Below, one piece after another: positions 24,726 through 33,814 of a stretch of 64,000 bases of DNA. Each line of letters begins with the position of its first letter. Within the stretch, counting starts at the first letter, position 1. The position numbers and the translations under genes are program-made. Where the stretch lies: assembly GCA_031422675.1 (NCBI GenBank), contig JANPMG010000013.1:5403-69402 (forward strand), read 5' to 3'. This DNA comes from Acidimicrobiia bacterium (lineage in GTDB: Bacteria > Actinomycetota > Acidimicrobiia > IMCC26256 > JAENVU01). The notes beneath the pieces are model-generated. The model made no database searches, was not told where the DNA came from, and worked only from the letters and a program-made list of their open reading frames with translations.

Positions 24726-26273
24726 GTGGGCAACGCCGGCGACTGGCAGCCGCTTCTCGATGACCTGTCGCTCCGGCGCGCGGCTGCGGCAGCCATGGGC
24801 GGCCCGGAACGACTGGCGCGCCAACACGAAGGTGGCCGCCTCGATGCGCGCGCCCGGGTCGAGTATCTGCTCGACGACGGCTCGTTCCGTGAGATCGGTT
24901 TGCACGCCGGCAGTGTGGGCCGCGGCATGACCCCGGTGGCGCCCGCCGACGGTCTGGTCGCGGGTCACGGGTCGATCGCCGGTCGCCCGGTGCTCGTCGG
25001 CGCCGAAGATTTCACGGTCATGGGCGGGTCGATCGGCATCGCGACCCACGCCAAACGGCACCGGCTCGCACAGCTTGCCGGTCAAGAGCAGGTGCCACTC
25101 GTCATGCTGTTGGAGGGGGCCGGCGAGCGGGCGCAGAACGCGTTCGAGCGCTACCCGCACGCACCCAACGATCTCCAAGCGCTCGTCCGGCTTCAGGGCG
25201 TGGTGCCCACGGTGTCGGTGGTGATGGGACCGAGTGCCGGTCACGGCGCGCTCACCGCACCGCTCATGGACTTCACAGTCATGGTGGACGGAGCGGCCCT
25301 GTTCACCGCCGGTCCGCCGCTCGTCGCCGCCGCCACCGGCGAGGAGGTGACCAAGGAAGAGTTGGGCGGTGCCGCGATGCACACCGCAATCTCGGGGGTG
25401 GCGCACAACGTGGCCGCGGACGACCGGGCCGCGCTCGATCTCGTGCGCAGCTACCTCGCCTACTTTCCGACCCACGCGGGCCAAGGTGCGCCGACCAGTC
25501 GTGCCGGCGATGATGCCGATGGTGCTGCCACCGATGGTGCTTCCGATGATGTTGATGGCGAGCGCATACTCGACCGCATCCTCGATCTGATCCCGGCTGA
25601 TTCGCGCCAGCCCTATGACGTGGGTCCGGTGATCGAACTCGTCGTCGACGACGGTGTGGTCCTGGAGATTCAGCCGTCCTTCGGGCGGTCGATCGTCACT
25701 GCACTCGGCCGCATCGGCGGCCGAGCGGTCGCCATCGTTGCCAACAACCCGGCGGTGAAGGCCGGCGCGATCGATCGAGACGCAGCCGACAAGGCGGCGC
25801 GTTTCCTCGAAGTGGTGGGTGGGTTCGGGCTCCCGGTCGTGTTCCTGGCCGACAACCCGGGAGTTCTCGCCGGTACGCAGGCCGAGCAGTCCGGCATCTT
25901 GCGCCACGCGGCGCGGATGTACACGGCCCAAGCGCGTGTGAAGGGACCGAAGCTCCACGTCACGCTCCGGAAAGCCTACGGATTCGGCTCGTCGCTGATG
26001 GCGATGAATCCGTTCGACGCGCAGACCACCACCCTCGCGTTCCCGGGCGCGCGGCTCGGCGCGATGCCGGCCGAGAGTGGCGCCGACGCAGCCGGGATCG
26101 AACCCGATGTCCAGGCGCTGCTCGAACATGCGGATCTGGGCGGCGCCTACGCGTCCGCGGACCGCCTGAGTTATGACGACGTGATCGACCCGCGTGAGTT
26201 ACGAAACGAGTTGCTGCGCGCGCTCAGTCTGACGAACGGGCGCGACGGGAGTGGGTTTCGAGCAGCTCGGTGA
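24726..26273 (+). CDS. acyl-CoA carboxylase carboxyltransferase (AccD/PccB-like beta subunit)
   Basis: ~515 aa; ..QHEGGRLDARARVEYLLDDGSFRE.., MGGSIG. Start inferred as GTG 24726 because there is no ATG downstream of the preceding stop; CTG 24714 is an alternative. Confidence 0.85.
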   Translation: MGNAGDWQPLLDDLSLRRAAAAAMGGPERLARQHEGGRLDARARVEYLLDDGSFREIGLHAGSVGRGMTPVAPADGLVAGHGSIAGRPVLVGAEDFTVMGGSIGIATHAKRHRLAQLAGQEQVPLVMLLEGAGERAQNAFERYPHAPNDLQALVRLQGVVPTVSVVMGPSAGHGALTAPLMDFTVMVDGAALFTAGPPLVAAATGEEVTKEELGGAAMHTAISGVAHNVAADDRAALDLVRSYLAYFPTHAGQGAPTSRAGDDADGAATDGASDDVDGERILDRILDLIPADSRQPYDVGPVIELVVDDGVVLEIQPSFGRSIVTALGRIGGRAVAIVANNPAVKAGAIDRDAADKAARFLEVVGGFGLPVVFLADNPGVLAGTQAEQSGILRHAARMYTAQARVKGPKLHVTLRKAYGFGSSLMAMNPFDAQTTTLAFPGARLGAMPAESGADAAGIEPDVQALLEHADLGGAYASADRLSYDDVIDPRELRNELLRALSLTNGRDGSGFRAAR

Positions 26274-28731
26274 TGGTCTCGACCGGTGCGGCCGGTGCGA
26301 GGTGATTGCCGGTCCCACCCACACAGCCGGCCCGCCGGATGCGGTCGAGCTGGTCGGCGGTTTCGATTCCCTCAGCGATCGCAGTGACGTCGAGCATCTT
26401 GGCGAGGCTCATGAGCGCCGGGAGCATCGGATCCCCGTCGGCGGCGGTCTGGACGAGCGATCGATCCAGTTTCACGTGGGTGATGGCGTAACGACGGACC
26501 GCGAGTGGTGATGCATGGCCGGTCCCGAAGTCGTCGATTGCGATGGCACATCCGAGTTCACGCAGGCCGGCGAGTTCCGCGCTGGCCCGGCGGGCCCGGT
26601 CGATGTCCGCGATCGCGAACTCGGGGATGTCGAATCCGATGTGTTCGGGATCCAGTCCGTGCTGGGTCAGCGCCGAGCGGACTCGGTCCACGGTGTCAGA
26701 CCACGAGAGCTGCGCCGGGCTGAGGTTGAGCCAGATCCGCGGTGGCGCAATCCCGTCGTCGCACCACTGGCGCAGCTGTCGGCACGCAGTTTCGAGGACG
26801 AAGCTCCCGAGCGGGCCGTCGAGGCCGGCGAGGGTGGCGGCGCTGAGGAACTCGCCGGGAAGCAGGAGTCCGCGTTCCTCGTGTTGCCAGCGCACGAGTG
26901 CTTCGAGCCCGCTGATGTTGCCGCTCGCGAGATCGAACTCGGGTTGCCAGTGCACCACCAGATCGCCACGCGCGATGGCGTTGCGCAATCCCGCCTCGGT
27001 GTCGACATGTTCGAGTACCCGGCGGCGCAACGCGTCGTCGTAGAGCACCGACCGGTCGCGACCGCGCGCTTTGGCGACGTACATCGCGGCGTCGGCGTCG
27101 CGCAGCACCGCCTCGGGGCTCTCGGTGGTCGGTCCGGCGATCGCGATTCCGATGCTCGTACCCACGGACAACTCGTGACCGTCGGCGTGGAACGGCTCGG
27201 CGAAGGCGTCCCGAACCCGGTCGGCCATAGCGAGCGCGGCCGCGGTGTCCTCGATCTCCTCACAACAGATCACGAACTCGTCGCCCCCGAGCCGGGCCAC
27301 GGTGTCCTCGGGGCGGACTGCCAGCCGCAAGCGGTCGCCGACTTCCCGGAGGAGGGCATCTCCGGTCGCGTGTCCGTGCGTGTCGTTGACCGCCTTGAAG
27401 TGGTCGATGTCGAGGAACAGGACGCCGACGCTCACGTCCCGCCGGACCGCGCGATCGAATGCGTGGCTCAACCGATCGAGGAGTAGGGCGCGGTTCGGAA
27501 GATTGGTGAGCCCGTCGTGCAGGGTCTGATGGACGAGCGCCTGCCGAGCGGCGCGCCGTTCGCTGACGTCATAGAAATGGACGACGAAACCGCGGATCGT
27601 CGGTTCGTGCCGCAGATCACGAACCTTCATCTCCACCCAGCGGTACCCGCCGTCCTGGTGCTTGGCCCGGACCTCGGACGTGAACCGTGCGTCGAAGTTC
27701 CCGGCGATCGAGTTCCATTGCTCGATGCAACTGGCGAGATCCTCCGGATGCACGAGTTCGAAGGGGTGGGTGGCGCAGAAGGTCTCGGGGTCGTATCCGA
27801 GCACCTGCTCGACGGCCGGGCTGGCGTAGCGAACGGATCCGCCGGCGTCGACGATGCACACCACGTCGACGGCGTGACGGAGCAGTGACTGGAATCGTTC
27901 CTCGCTCTCACGCACCGCAAGTTCGGCGAGCTTGTGGTCGGAGATGTCGCTCGACGTCAGCGCGATCCCGTCGTCCACCTTCACGATCTGTTCGCGGATC
28001 CATTGCGCGGCAACGCGGGGGTGGTCCACCGGATACTCGACTCGCCGGGGCTCGCCGGTCTCGACCACCCGTCGGTACTTGCTGATCAGCGTGTCCCGAT
28101 GCTCGGCGGGCAAATGCACACTCACCGGTTGGTCGAGCATCTTCTCGACCGTCACGCCGAACAGTGCCGCCGCATTCTCGTTGGCCACGCGGATCACGAA
28201 GTCCACGATGGCTCCGTGCTCGTCCCGAACCGCATCCATGAGGACGAGCGAATCGAGGCTGGCTTCGCTCGCGGCGCGGAACCGGTCCTCGCTCGTCTGG
28301 AGCGCGGCTTCGGTATTGCGACTCTCGGTGATGTCTTCGGCGTGCGCGACGAGATAGGCGATGGAGCCGTCCGGATTCCGGGTGGCCCCCACGTGAAAAC
28401 GCGCGTTCACCACCGTTCCGTCGTCGCGTTGGAACCGGGTTTCGCGGACGAAGGTCTGGAACTCGCCGGTCTCGAGCGACCGCAGCCGCCGCCGTACACC
28501 GGTCTTGTGTTCCGGGTGGGCCGCCTCGATGAAGCTCCCGACGGTGACGTCTTCGGCGCGGGTGCCGAGCAGCCGACACATGGTGTCGTTGACGTACACG
28601 ATCTCGCCGCCCGGCCGACCGATTGCCACGCCGACGGGCGAGCGCTCGAACACGAGTGCGAATGGATCGGCGGCATGCAGCGAGCGCGGCTCCGGCGGAG
28701 GGGGATCGAAGCTCGCGTGGTCGCTCGTCAT
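26224..28731 (-). CDS. PAS-PAS-PAS-GGDEF-EAL signalling protein (c-di-GMP turnover)
   Basis: 835 aa from MTSDHASF. Intact GGDEF (RLGGDEF) with an RxxD I-site (RPED) 5 residues upstream. Intact EAL (GLEALVRW) and DDFGTG. Confidence 0.9.
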   Translation of the reverse strand: MTSDHASFDPPPPEPRSLHAADPFALVFERSPVGVAIGRPGGEIVYVNDTMCRLLGTRAEDVTVGSFIEAAHPEHKTGVRRRLRSLETGEFQTFVRETRFQRDDGTVVNARFHVGATRNPDGSIAYLVAHAEDITESRNTEAALQTSEDRFRAASEASLDSLVLMDAVRDEHGAIVDFVIRVANENAAALFGVTVEKMLDQPVSVHLPAEHRDTLISKYRRVVETGEPRRVEYPVDHPRVAAQWIREQIVKVDDGIALTSSDISDHKLAELAVRESEERFQSLLRHAVDVVCIVDAGGSVRYASPAVEQVLGYDPETFCATHPFELVHPEDLASCIEQWNSIAGNFDARFTSEVRAKHQDGGYRWVEMKVRDLRHEPTIRGFVVHFYDVSERRAARQALVHQTLHDGLTNLPNRALLLDRLSHAFDRAVRRDVSVGVLFLDIDHFKAVNDTHGHATGDALLREVGDRLRLAVRPEDTVARLGGDEFVICCEEIEDTAAALAMADRVRDAFAEPFHADGHELSVGTSIGIAIAGPTTESPEAVLRDADAAMYVAKARGRDRSVLYDDALRRRVLEHVDTEAGLRNAIARGDLVVHWQPEFDLASGNISGLEALVRWQHEERGLLLPGEFLSAATLAGLDGPLGSFVLETACRQLRQWCDDGIAPPRIWLNLSPAQLSWSDTVDRVRSALTQHGLDPEHIGFDIPEFAIADIDRARRASAELAGLRELGCAIAIDDFGTGHASPLAVRRYAITHVKLDRSLVQTAADGDPMLPALMSLAKMLDVTAIAEGIETADQLDRIRRAGCVGGTGNHLAPAAPVETITELLETHSRRARSSD

Positions 28732-28745
28732 GGAGGTTTCGCTTC

Positions 28746-28822
28746 GGTGGCGCCGCTGGTGTGATCGTGACAGTCGGGCGCGGTCAGTCTGCCCGGTTCC
28801 CGACGATGACACCAGCGCCACC
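28746..28822. repeat. long imperfect inverted repeat (about 19 bp of pairing, 34-nt loop with an inner CGGGC/GCCCG stem)
   Basis: Left arm GGTGGCGCCGCTGGTGTGATCGT (28746-28768); right arm ACGATGACACCAGCGCCACC (28803-28822). One 3-nt bulge and one mismatch. Confidence 0.7.
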
Positions 28823-28824
28823 GC

Positions 28825-28830
28825 TACGCT
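28825..28830 (+). promoter_or_regulatory. -10-like TACGCT, 7 nt upstream of the acyl-CoA synthetase ATG
   Basis: TANNNT; spacer 28831-28837. Confidence 0.3.
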
Positions 28831-28837
28831 CGAACCG

Positions 28838-30454
28838 ATGACCGTCGGACCGACCACTGTCCTCGCTGCGCTCGCGAGTCGGATGGCGGAGGACCCCGAC
28901 GGTCCGTACCTGGATTTCGACGGCGATCAGTGGACCGCCCGGGCGATCGACGCTGCGGCCACCGCCGTGAGCGGCGCGCTCGCGGCGCATGGTGTCGGTC
29001 CCGGCGACCGAGTGGCCACGCTGATGGACAACCGGGCGGAACAGGTCATCTCGTTCTTCGCGGCACTCCGGATCGGAGCGATCCAGGTGCCGATCAACAC
29101 GGCGTACAAAGGCGAGTTCCTCAGCCACGTCCTCGCGGACTGCGGTGCGCGCGTGATCGTCGTCCAGGACGATCTGGCCGACCGGGTCGCGGCGGTCGCG
29201 GGACCGGCGGCACCCGAACTCGCAGTGGCCATCGTGGTCGGTGCGCCGGGACCCGGGGCGCCCGACCTCGGTGCCGGGCTGGCCACGGTGGCCTGGGCGG
29301 CCGCGCTCGAATCCGGTGCGGCCACCCCGGTGCCGGCGTTCGCAGCCGGACCCGCCGACCTCGCGTGCTTCATCTACACCGCGGGAACCACGGGACCGTC
29401 CAAGGGGTGCATGCTCCCGCACCGTTACGTCGTCGGGTTGGCCGAACAGATCTCCCGCGCGTGGGAGCGGCGCCGCGACGATGTGGTCCTCACGCCATTG
29501 CCGCTGTTCCACTTCAACGCGATCTCGGTCTGTGTCGTGGGCACGCTCCTCACCGGTGGCCGCGCCGCGATCGCGCGCAAGTTCTCGGTCAGCAAGTTCT
29601 GGCCCGAGGTGGCGCGGACAAGGGCGACGATGCTGTCGATGCTCGGATCCTTGGCGATATTGATCGCGAATGCCGACGATGACCCCGAGCAGGCGGGACA
29701 TCGATTGCGGTTGTGCGCGGCGGCGCCGATGCCACCCGCGACGGATCAGACATGGCGGGAACGGTTCGGCTGTGCGACATTCAGTGGGGGGTACGGGCTC
29801 ACCGAGGCGTCGCTGATCTCGATGCTCCCGGCCGGTCAGATCAATCGCGCCGGGGCGGCGGGGAAGCCGAACGATCACGAGTTCCAAGTGCAGATCGTCG
29901 ACGACGGTGACGTGCCGGTGCCCGTCGGTGAGACCGGCGAGATCGTCTGCCGACCCAACGGTCCGAACCTGATGTTCTCCGGGTACTGGAATCGACCGGA
30001 CGCCACCGTCGAGGTGTTACGAAATCTGTGGTTTCACACCGGTGATCTCGGGCGTCTCGACGCCGACGGATTCCTCTTCTTCGTGGACCGCAAGAAGGAC
30101 TATCTCCGCCGGCGGGGGGAGAACATCTCGAGCTTCGAGATGGAGCGGACCGTCATCGGCCACCAGGCGGTGGCCGACGTCGCGGTGCATGCGGTTGCGA
30201 GTGACCAGGGCGAAGACGACGTGAAGGTCACCGCGGTGCTGGTCGCCGGGAGTCCGCCGATCTCCGAGGAAGACTTGTGTCGATGGTGTGCCGAACGGGT
30301 GCCGTATTTCGCGATCCCGCGCTACATCGAGTTCCGTGCCGACCTGCCGCGCAATCCGGTCGGCCGGGTGCTCAAGTACGAACTCCGCGCCGATGGTGTG
30401 ACTCCCACCACCTGGGATCGGGAGACCGCCGGCGTGACCTTCGACCGGCGCTGA
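28838..30454 (+). CDS. AMP-dependent acyl-CoA synthetase/ligase
   Basis: 538 aa from MTVGPTT. AMP-binding motif YTAGTTGPSKG, and GEIVCRP..GY..TGD. Confidence 0.9.
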   Translation: MTVGPTTVLAALASRMAEDPDGPYLDFDGDQWTARAIDAAATAVSGALAAHGVGPGDRVATLMDNRAEQVISFFAALRIGAIQVPINTAYKGEFLSHVLADCGARVIVVQDDLADRVAAVAGPAAPELAVAIVVGAPGPGAPDLGAGLATVAWAAALESGAATPVPAFAAGPADLACFIYTAGTTGPSKGCMLPHRYVVGLAEQISRAWERRRDDVVLTPLPLFHFNAISVCVVGTLLTGGRAAIARKFSVSKFWPEVARTRATMLSMLGSLAILIANADDDPEQAGHRLRLCAAAPMPPATDQTWRERFGCATFSGGYGLTEASLISMLPAGQINRAGAAGKPNDHEFQVQIVDDGDVPVPVGETGEIVCRPNGPNLMFSGYWNRPDATVEVLRNLWFHTGDLGRLDADGFLFFVDRKKDYLRRRGENISSFEMERTVIGHQAVADVAVHAVASDQGEDDVKVTAVLVAGSPPISEEDLCRWCAERVPYFAIPRYIEFRADLPRNPVGRVLKYELRADGVTPTTWDRETAGVTFDRR

Positions 30455-30475
30455 GCGCCGAGTCCGGGTGACGGC

Positions 30476-31252
30476 CTACCCGCTCGCGCGCTTGCGGACC
30501 TTCCAGATCTCTTCCGTGGGCCAGCGCCGCGCCCACTCGAGGTCGGCGTACTCGTAGCTCGTCGTGGCGTCGAAGGGCGCTTGGATCTCGATCAGATCCT
30601 CGATCTCGAAGCCGTGCGCGTGGAACAGCCGAATCCATTCGCCGTGGGGGATCTGGAAATCGATGGTGCCGTCGCCCCAATCGAAGGCCCGGGCGCCGAA
30701 GTAGGTGGAGTGAAGGTGGTCGCTGATCGGCGCGTCGGGATCGTCGGTGGGGAAACACAGGAGTCGGAACAGGGTGGAGCCGTTGAAGACGAGCTGGCCG
30801 CCGGGTCGGAGTACTCGCGCGACTTCGGGCACCGTCGCGTACGGATCACAAAAGCTCATCGCGCCGTGATCGCAGAACACGAGGTCGAAGCTCGCGGCTC
30901 GGAAGGGTGTGGCAACGCCACTCGCGCACACGACCGGCATCCGCAGATCGGCTGCGGCGACGTTGACGACGGCGTGACGAAGCTGCGCGCGGGAGAGGTC
31001 GAGACCGACCCGCCGCCGAGCCGCCGCCGCGACGCCGATCGCGTGTTGCGCCCCACCGCATCCGAGTTCGAGTACGTCGAGGCCGGTCGTTTTTCCCACG
31101 GCATCGAGCTCGGACTCCGGTGTCGCCCAGACGCCCCAGCGGCCCGGCTGCGCGAGCTGCTCCCGGTGGGCGGCCTGGTAGTCGTCGGCGTCGTCGTCCC
31201 AGAAGTCGCGATTCGTCCGCTCGTACTCGGTGATGCGGCCAGTGTCGGTCAT
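30476..31252 (-). CDS. class I SAM-dependent methyltransferase
   Basis: 258 aa from MTDTGRI. Motif I VLELGCGGAQ. ATG overlaps the P450 stop (ATGA). Confidence 0.8.
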   Translation of the reverse strand: MTDTGRITEYERTNRDFWDDDADDYQAAHREQLAQPGRWGVWATPESELDAVGKTTGLDVLELGCGGAQHAIGVAAAARRRVGLDLSRAQLRHAVVNVAAADLRMPVVCASGVATPFRAASFDLVFCDHGAMSFCDPYATVPEVARVLRPGGQLVFNGSTLFRLLCFPTDDPDAPISDHLHSTYFGARAFDWGDGTIDFQIPHGEWIRLFHAHGFEIEDLIEIQAPFDATTSYEYADLEWARRWPTEEIWKVRKRASG

Positions 31253-32418
31253 GACGGCATTGCGATCACCGGCAGCCGCGCGAAACCGCGCACGTTGCCC
31301 GAGTGGACCCGAGTGGCAGTGGCTTCGTCGATCTCGTAGTGACCGAGCCGCGGCAAGAGTTCCTCCAGGGCAACACGCGTTTCCAAGCGCGCGAGCGCAG
31401 CGCCCAGGCAGTGGTGGATGCCGTGTCCGAACGCGAGGTGACCGGCGGGGTTGCGAGTGAGTTCCAGCGCGTCGGCGTTGGTCCAGTGCCGCTCGTCCCG
31501 GTTCGCCGATCCGAACAGGAGCAACCCCTTCATACCGGCGGGCAGTGTGGTGTCGTGGAGGTGGACGTCGCGCATGAGGAGCCGGGCCAGCGACTGGGTG
31601 GAGGTGTCGTACCGGAGGATCTCCTCCACGGCCATCGGGATGATCGACGGATCGTCGAGCACACGCGAACGTTGGTCGGGAAACCTCCAGAGCCAGTAGA
31701 GCGCATTGCCGATCAACTTCGTGGTGGTCTCGTTCCCGGCGATGACCAGCAGAAAGAGAAACCCCATGACCTCGTTGGCGGCGAGCGCGCGTGCGTCGTC
31801 GGACGCGGCGATCAACGCGGACGTGAGGTCGGCGCCGGGATCCGCGCGCCGACGAGCAACGAGCCGGTCCAGGTACACGTACAGCTGGGTCGCCCCCGCA
31901 AGCCCGGCGGCGGTGATCTCGGAGCTGCCCTCCTCCCGGTGGAGCATCGCGTCGGTCCAGCCGCGTACTTCGTCCTGATCGGCGCGCGGGATTCCCAACA
32001 TCGTGGAGATCACCGCCATCGGAAGGGTGCCGGCGAAGTCCTCGATGGCATCGAACTCCGGCCCACACGCGGTGAGGAGTTCACGGGCCACGGCGCGGGT
32101 CGGGTCGGCGAGATCGGCCACCCGCTTGGGAGTGAACGCGCGGCTGACCAACGCGCGCAGTTCGGTGTGGCGGGGCGGGTCCATCTCGATGAGCATCGGG
32201 TCGACGGCTTGGGCGTCCCGTTCGAGGGTGATCCCACCGGTCGACGAGTAGGTAGTCCAGTCGTCGATCGCGCCGCGCACGTCGGCGTAGCGCGACAGCG
32301 CCCAGAACCCGCGCCGCTCGTCGACGTAGACCGGTGCCTGATCCCGGAGCATCCGGTAAATCGGATACGGGTCCTCGTGGGTCTCGTAGGCGTACGGATC
32401 GAAATTTGGGTGGTTCAC
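31249..32418 (-). CDS. cytochrome P450
   Basis: 389 aa. EXXR (VEEILRY) and heme loop FGHGIHHCLGAALA. GTG 32418 overlaps the amidohydrolase stop (GTGA). Confidence 0.9.
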   Translation of the reverse strand: MNHPNFDPYAYETHEDPYPIYRMLRDQAPVYVDERRGFWALSRYADVRGAIDDWTTYSSTGGITLERDAQAVDPMLIEMDPPRHTELRALVSRAFTPKRVADLADPTRAVARELLTACGPEFDAIEDFAGTLPMAVISTMLGIPRADQDEVRGWTDAMLHREEGSSEITAAGLAGATQLYVYLDRLVARRRADPGADLTSALIAASDDARALAANEVMGFLFLLVIAGNETTTKLIGNALYWLWRFPDQRSRVLDDPSIIPMAVEEILRYDTSTQSLARLLMRDVHLHDTTLPAGMKGLLLFGSANRDERHWTNADALELTRNPAGHLAFGHGIHHCLGAALARLETRVALEELLPRLGHYEIDEATATRVHSGNVRGFARLPVIAMPS

Positions 32419-33698
32419 GCAGTGGGGGAGAGGTCGGTGATCTTCACCGGTCCGTCGAACTGCGTTTTCGGGCGTCGGGCCGTCGACCGCGGCGAGACAT
32501 CCCATCCGACAGCCTCGGCACGCAATGCACCGACCGTGCAGTGTTCACGAGTTCGGGTGGCGAACGGGTCGTACTGGAAGAAGCGCATGGCGTTCTCGTG
32601 GGTCATCGCGTTGATCTCGGCGTCGGTGAGGTCGGTGGTCGCGAACTCGGCGGCGATCACCTCGGGCGCGTCGGGCCAGTTGGCATCCGAATGCGGATAG
32701 TCGATCTCCACGGCGATGCGATCGACGCCGATGTCTCGCGCGAGCTTCACACCGACGCCGTCGTTGATGTAACAGAGCAGCACGTGCTCGAGGAAGACCT
32801 CGCTCGGGAGCTTCGAGCCGAAGTCTGCGCCGGTCCACGCCTTGTGGATCCGGTACGAGTGGTCGAGCCGTTCGAGGAAGTACGGGATCCACCCGATGCC
32901 GCCTTCGGACAGCGCCACCGTGACGTCCGGGAACTTGCGGAACACCGGAGAGTGGATGAGGTCCGCCGCGCACTGCACGATGTTCATCGGCTGGAGGGTG
33001 ATGAGCACGTCGATCGGCGCATCGACCGAGGTCATCACCAACTTCCCGGACGACCCGATGTGCATGCACACCACGGTGCCCTCGTCCGAGCATGCCTGCC
33101 AGAATGGATCCCAGTGGTCCGAGTGCAAGCTCGGCAGGTTCAACGGCTCGGGGTTCTCGGGAAACGTGATCGCGTGGCAGCCCTTGCGCGCCACCCGGCG
33201 TACCTCGTCCGCCAGCGCTTCGGGGTCCCAGATCATCGGGATCGCCAGCGGGATGAACCGATCGGGCGCGTGGCCGCACCACTCCTCGATGTGCCAGTCG
33301 TTGTACGCCTGGACGAGCACCTTGGCGGTGTCCTTGTCGTCGAGCGTCGCGAACAGGCGGCCCGCAAAGCCGGGGAGGCTTGGGAAGTTCATCGAGCCCA
33401 GCGTGCCGTTGGCATTCATGTCGAGGATGCGCTTCTCGACGTCGTAGCAACCGGGTCGGATCTCGTCGAAACTCGTGGGGTCGATCCCGTATTCCTCCTT
33501 GGGCCGACCGGCGACGGCGTTCAGGCCGATGTTCGGGACTTCGACGGTCTGGAACCGCCACACGTCGGTGCCGTCGTCCTTGCGAATGAGTTTCGGCGCG
33601 ATGTCCTGGTACTTCGCGGGGAGGTGTGCGTCGAACATGTTGGGAGGTTCGACGATGTGGTCGTCCACGCTCACGATGATCATGTCGTCGGTCTGCAT
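32415..33698 (-). CDS. amidohydrolase_2 family protein, paralog 2
   Basis: 427 aa; SVDDHIVEP, RPGCYD, NDWHIEEW, VVCMHIGSS, SEGGIGW, EIDYPHSDANWPD. GGGAG 5 nt upstream of the ATG. Confidence 0.9.
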   Translation of the reverse strand: MQTDDMIIVSVDDHIVEPPNMFDAHLPAKYQDIAPKLIRKDDGTDVWRFQTVEVPNIGLNAVAGRPKEEYGIDPTSFDEIRPGCYDVEKRILDMNANGTLGSMNFPSLPGFAGRLFATLDDKDTAKVLVQAYNDWHIEEWCGHAPDRFIPLAIPMIWDPEALADEVRRVARKGCHAITFPENPEPLNLPSLHSDHWDPFWQACSDEGTVVCMHIGSSGKLVMTSVDAPIDVLITLQPMNIVQCAADLIHSPVFRKFPDVTVALSEGGIGWIPYFLERLDHSYRIHKAWTGADFGSKLPSEVFLEHVLLCYINDGVGVKLARDIGVDRIAVEIDYPHSDANWPDAPEVIAAEFATTDLTDAEINAMTHENAMRFFQYDPFATRTREHCTVGALRAEAVGWDVSPRSTARRPKTQFDGPVKITDLSPTA

Positions 33699-33761
33699 TG
33701 CGGCTCCCGGGGCATCGAACGGTGGAGGGGTCGGCGCAGGGTACCGCTCCCCATCGGCCGA

Positions 33762-33783
33762 ACGCGTCGATGCCTCGACGCGT
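33762..33783. promoter_or_regulatory. perfect 9-4-9 palindrome ACGCGTCGA-TGCC-TCGACGCGT; candidate TetR operator
   Basis: Read directly. Located in the 116-nt divergent intergenic region, just upstream of the -10-like box of the ltp-DUF35-tetR operon. Confidence 0.5.
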
Positions 33784-33800
33784 CGACCCAGCCGTTTCGG

Positions 33801-33806
33801 TAGGGT
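33801..33806 (+). promoter_or_regulatory. -10-like TAGGGT, 8 nt upstream of the ltp GTG
   Basis: TANNNT; spacer 33807-33814. Confidence 0.3.
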
Positions 33807-33814
33807 CCGCCGCC

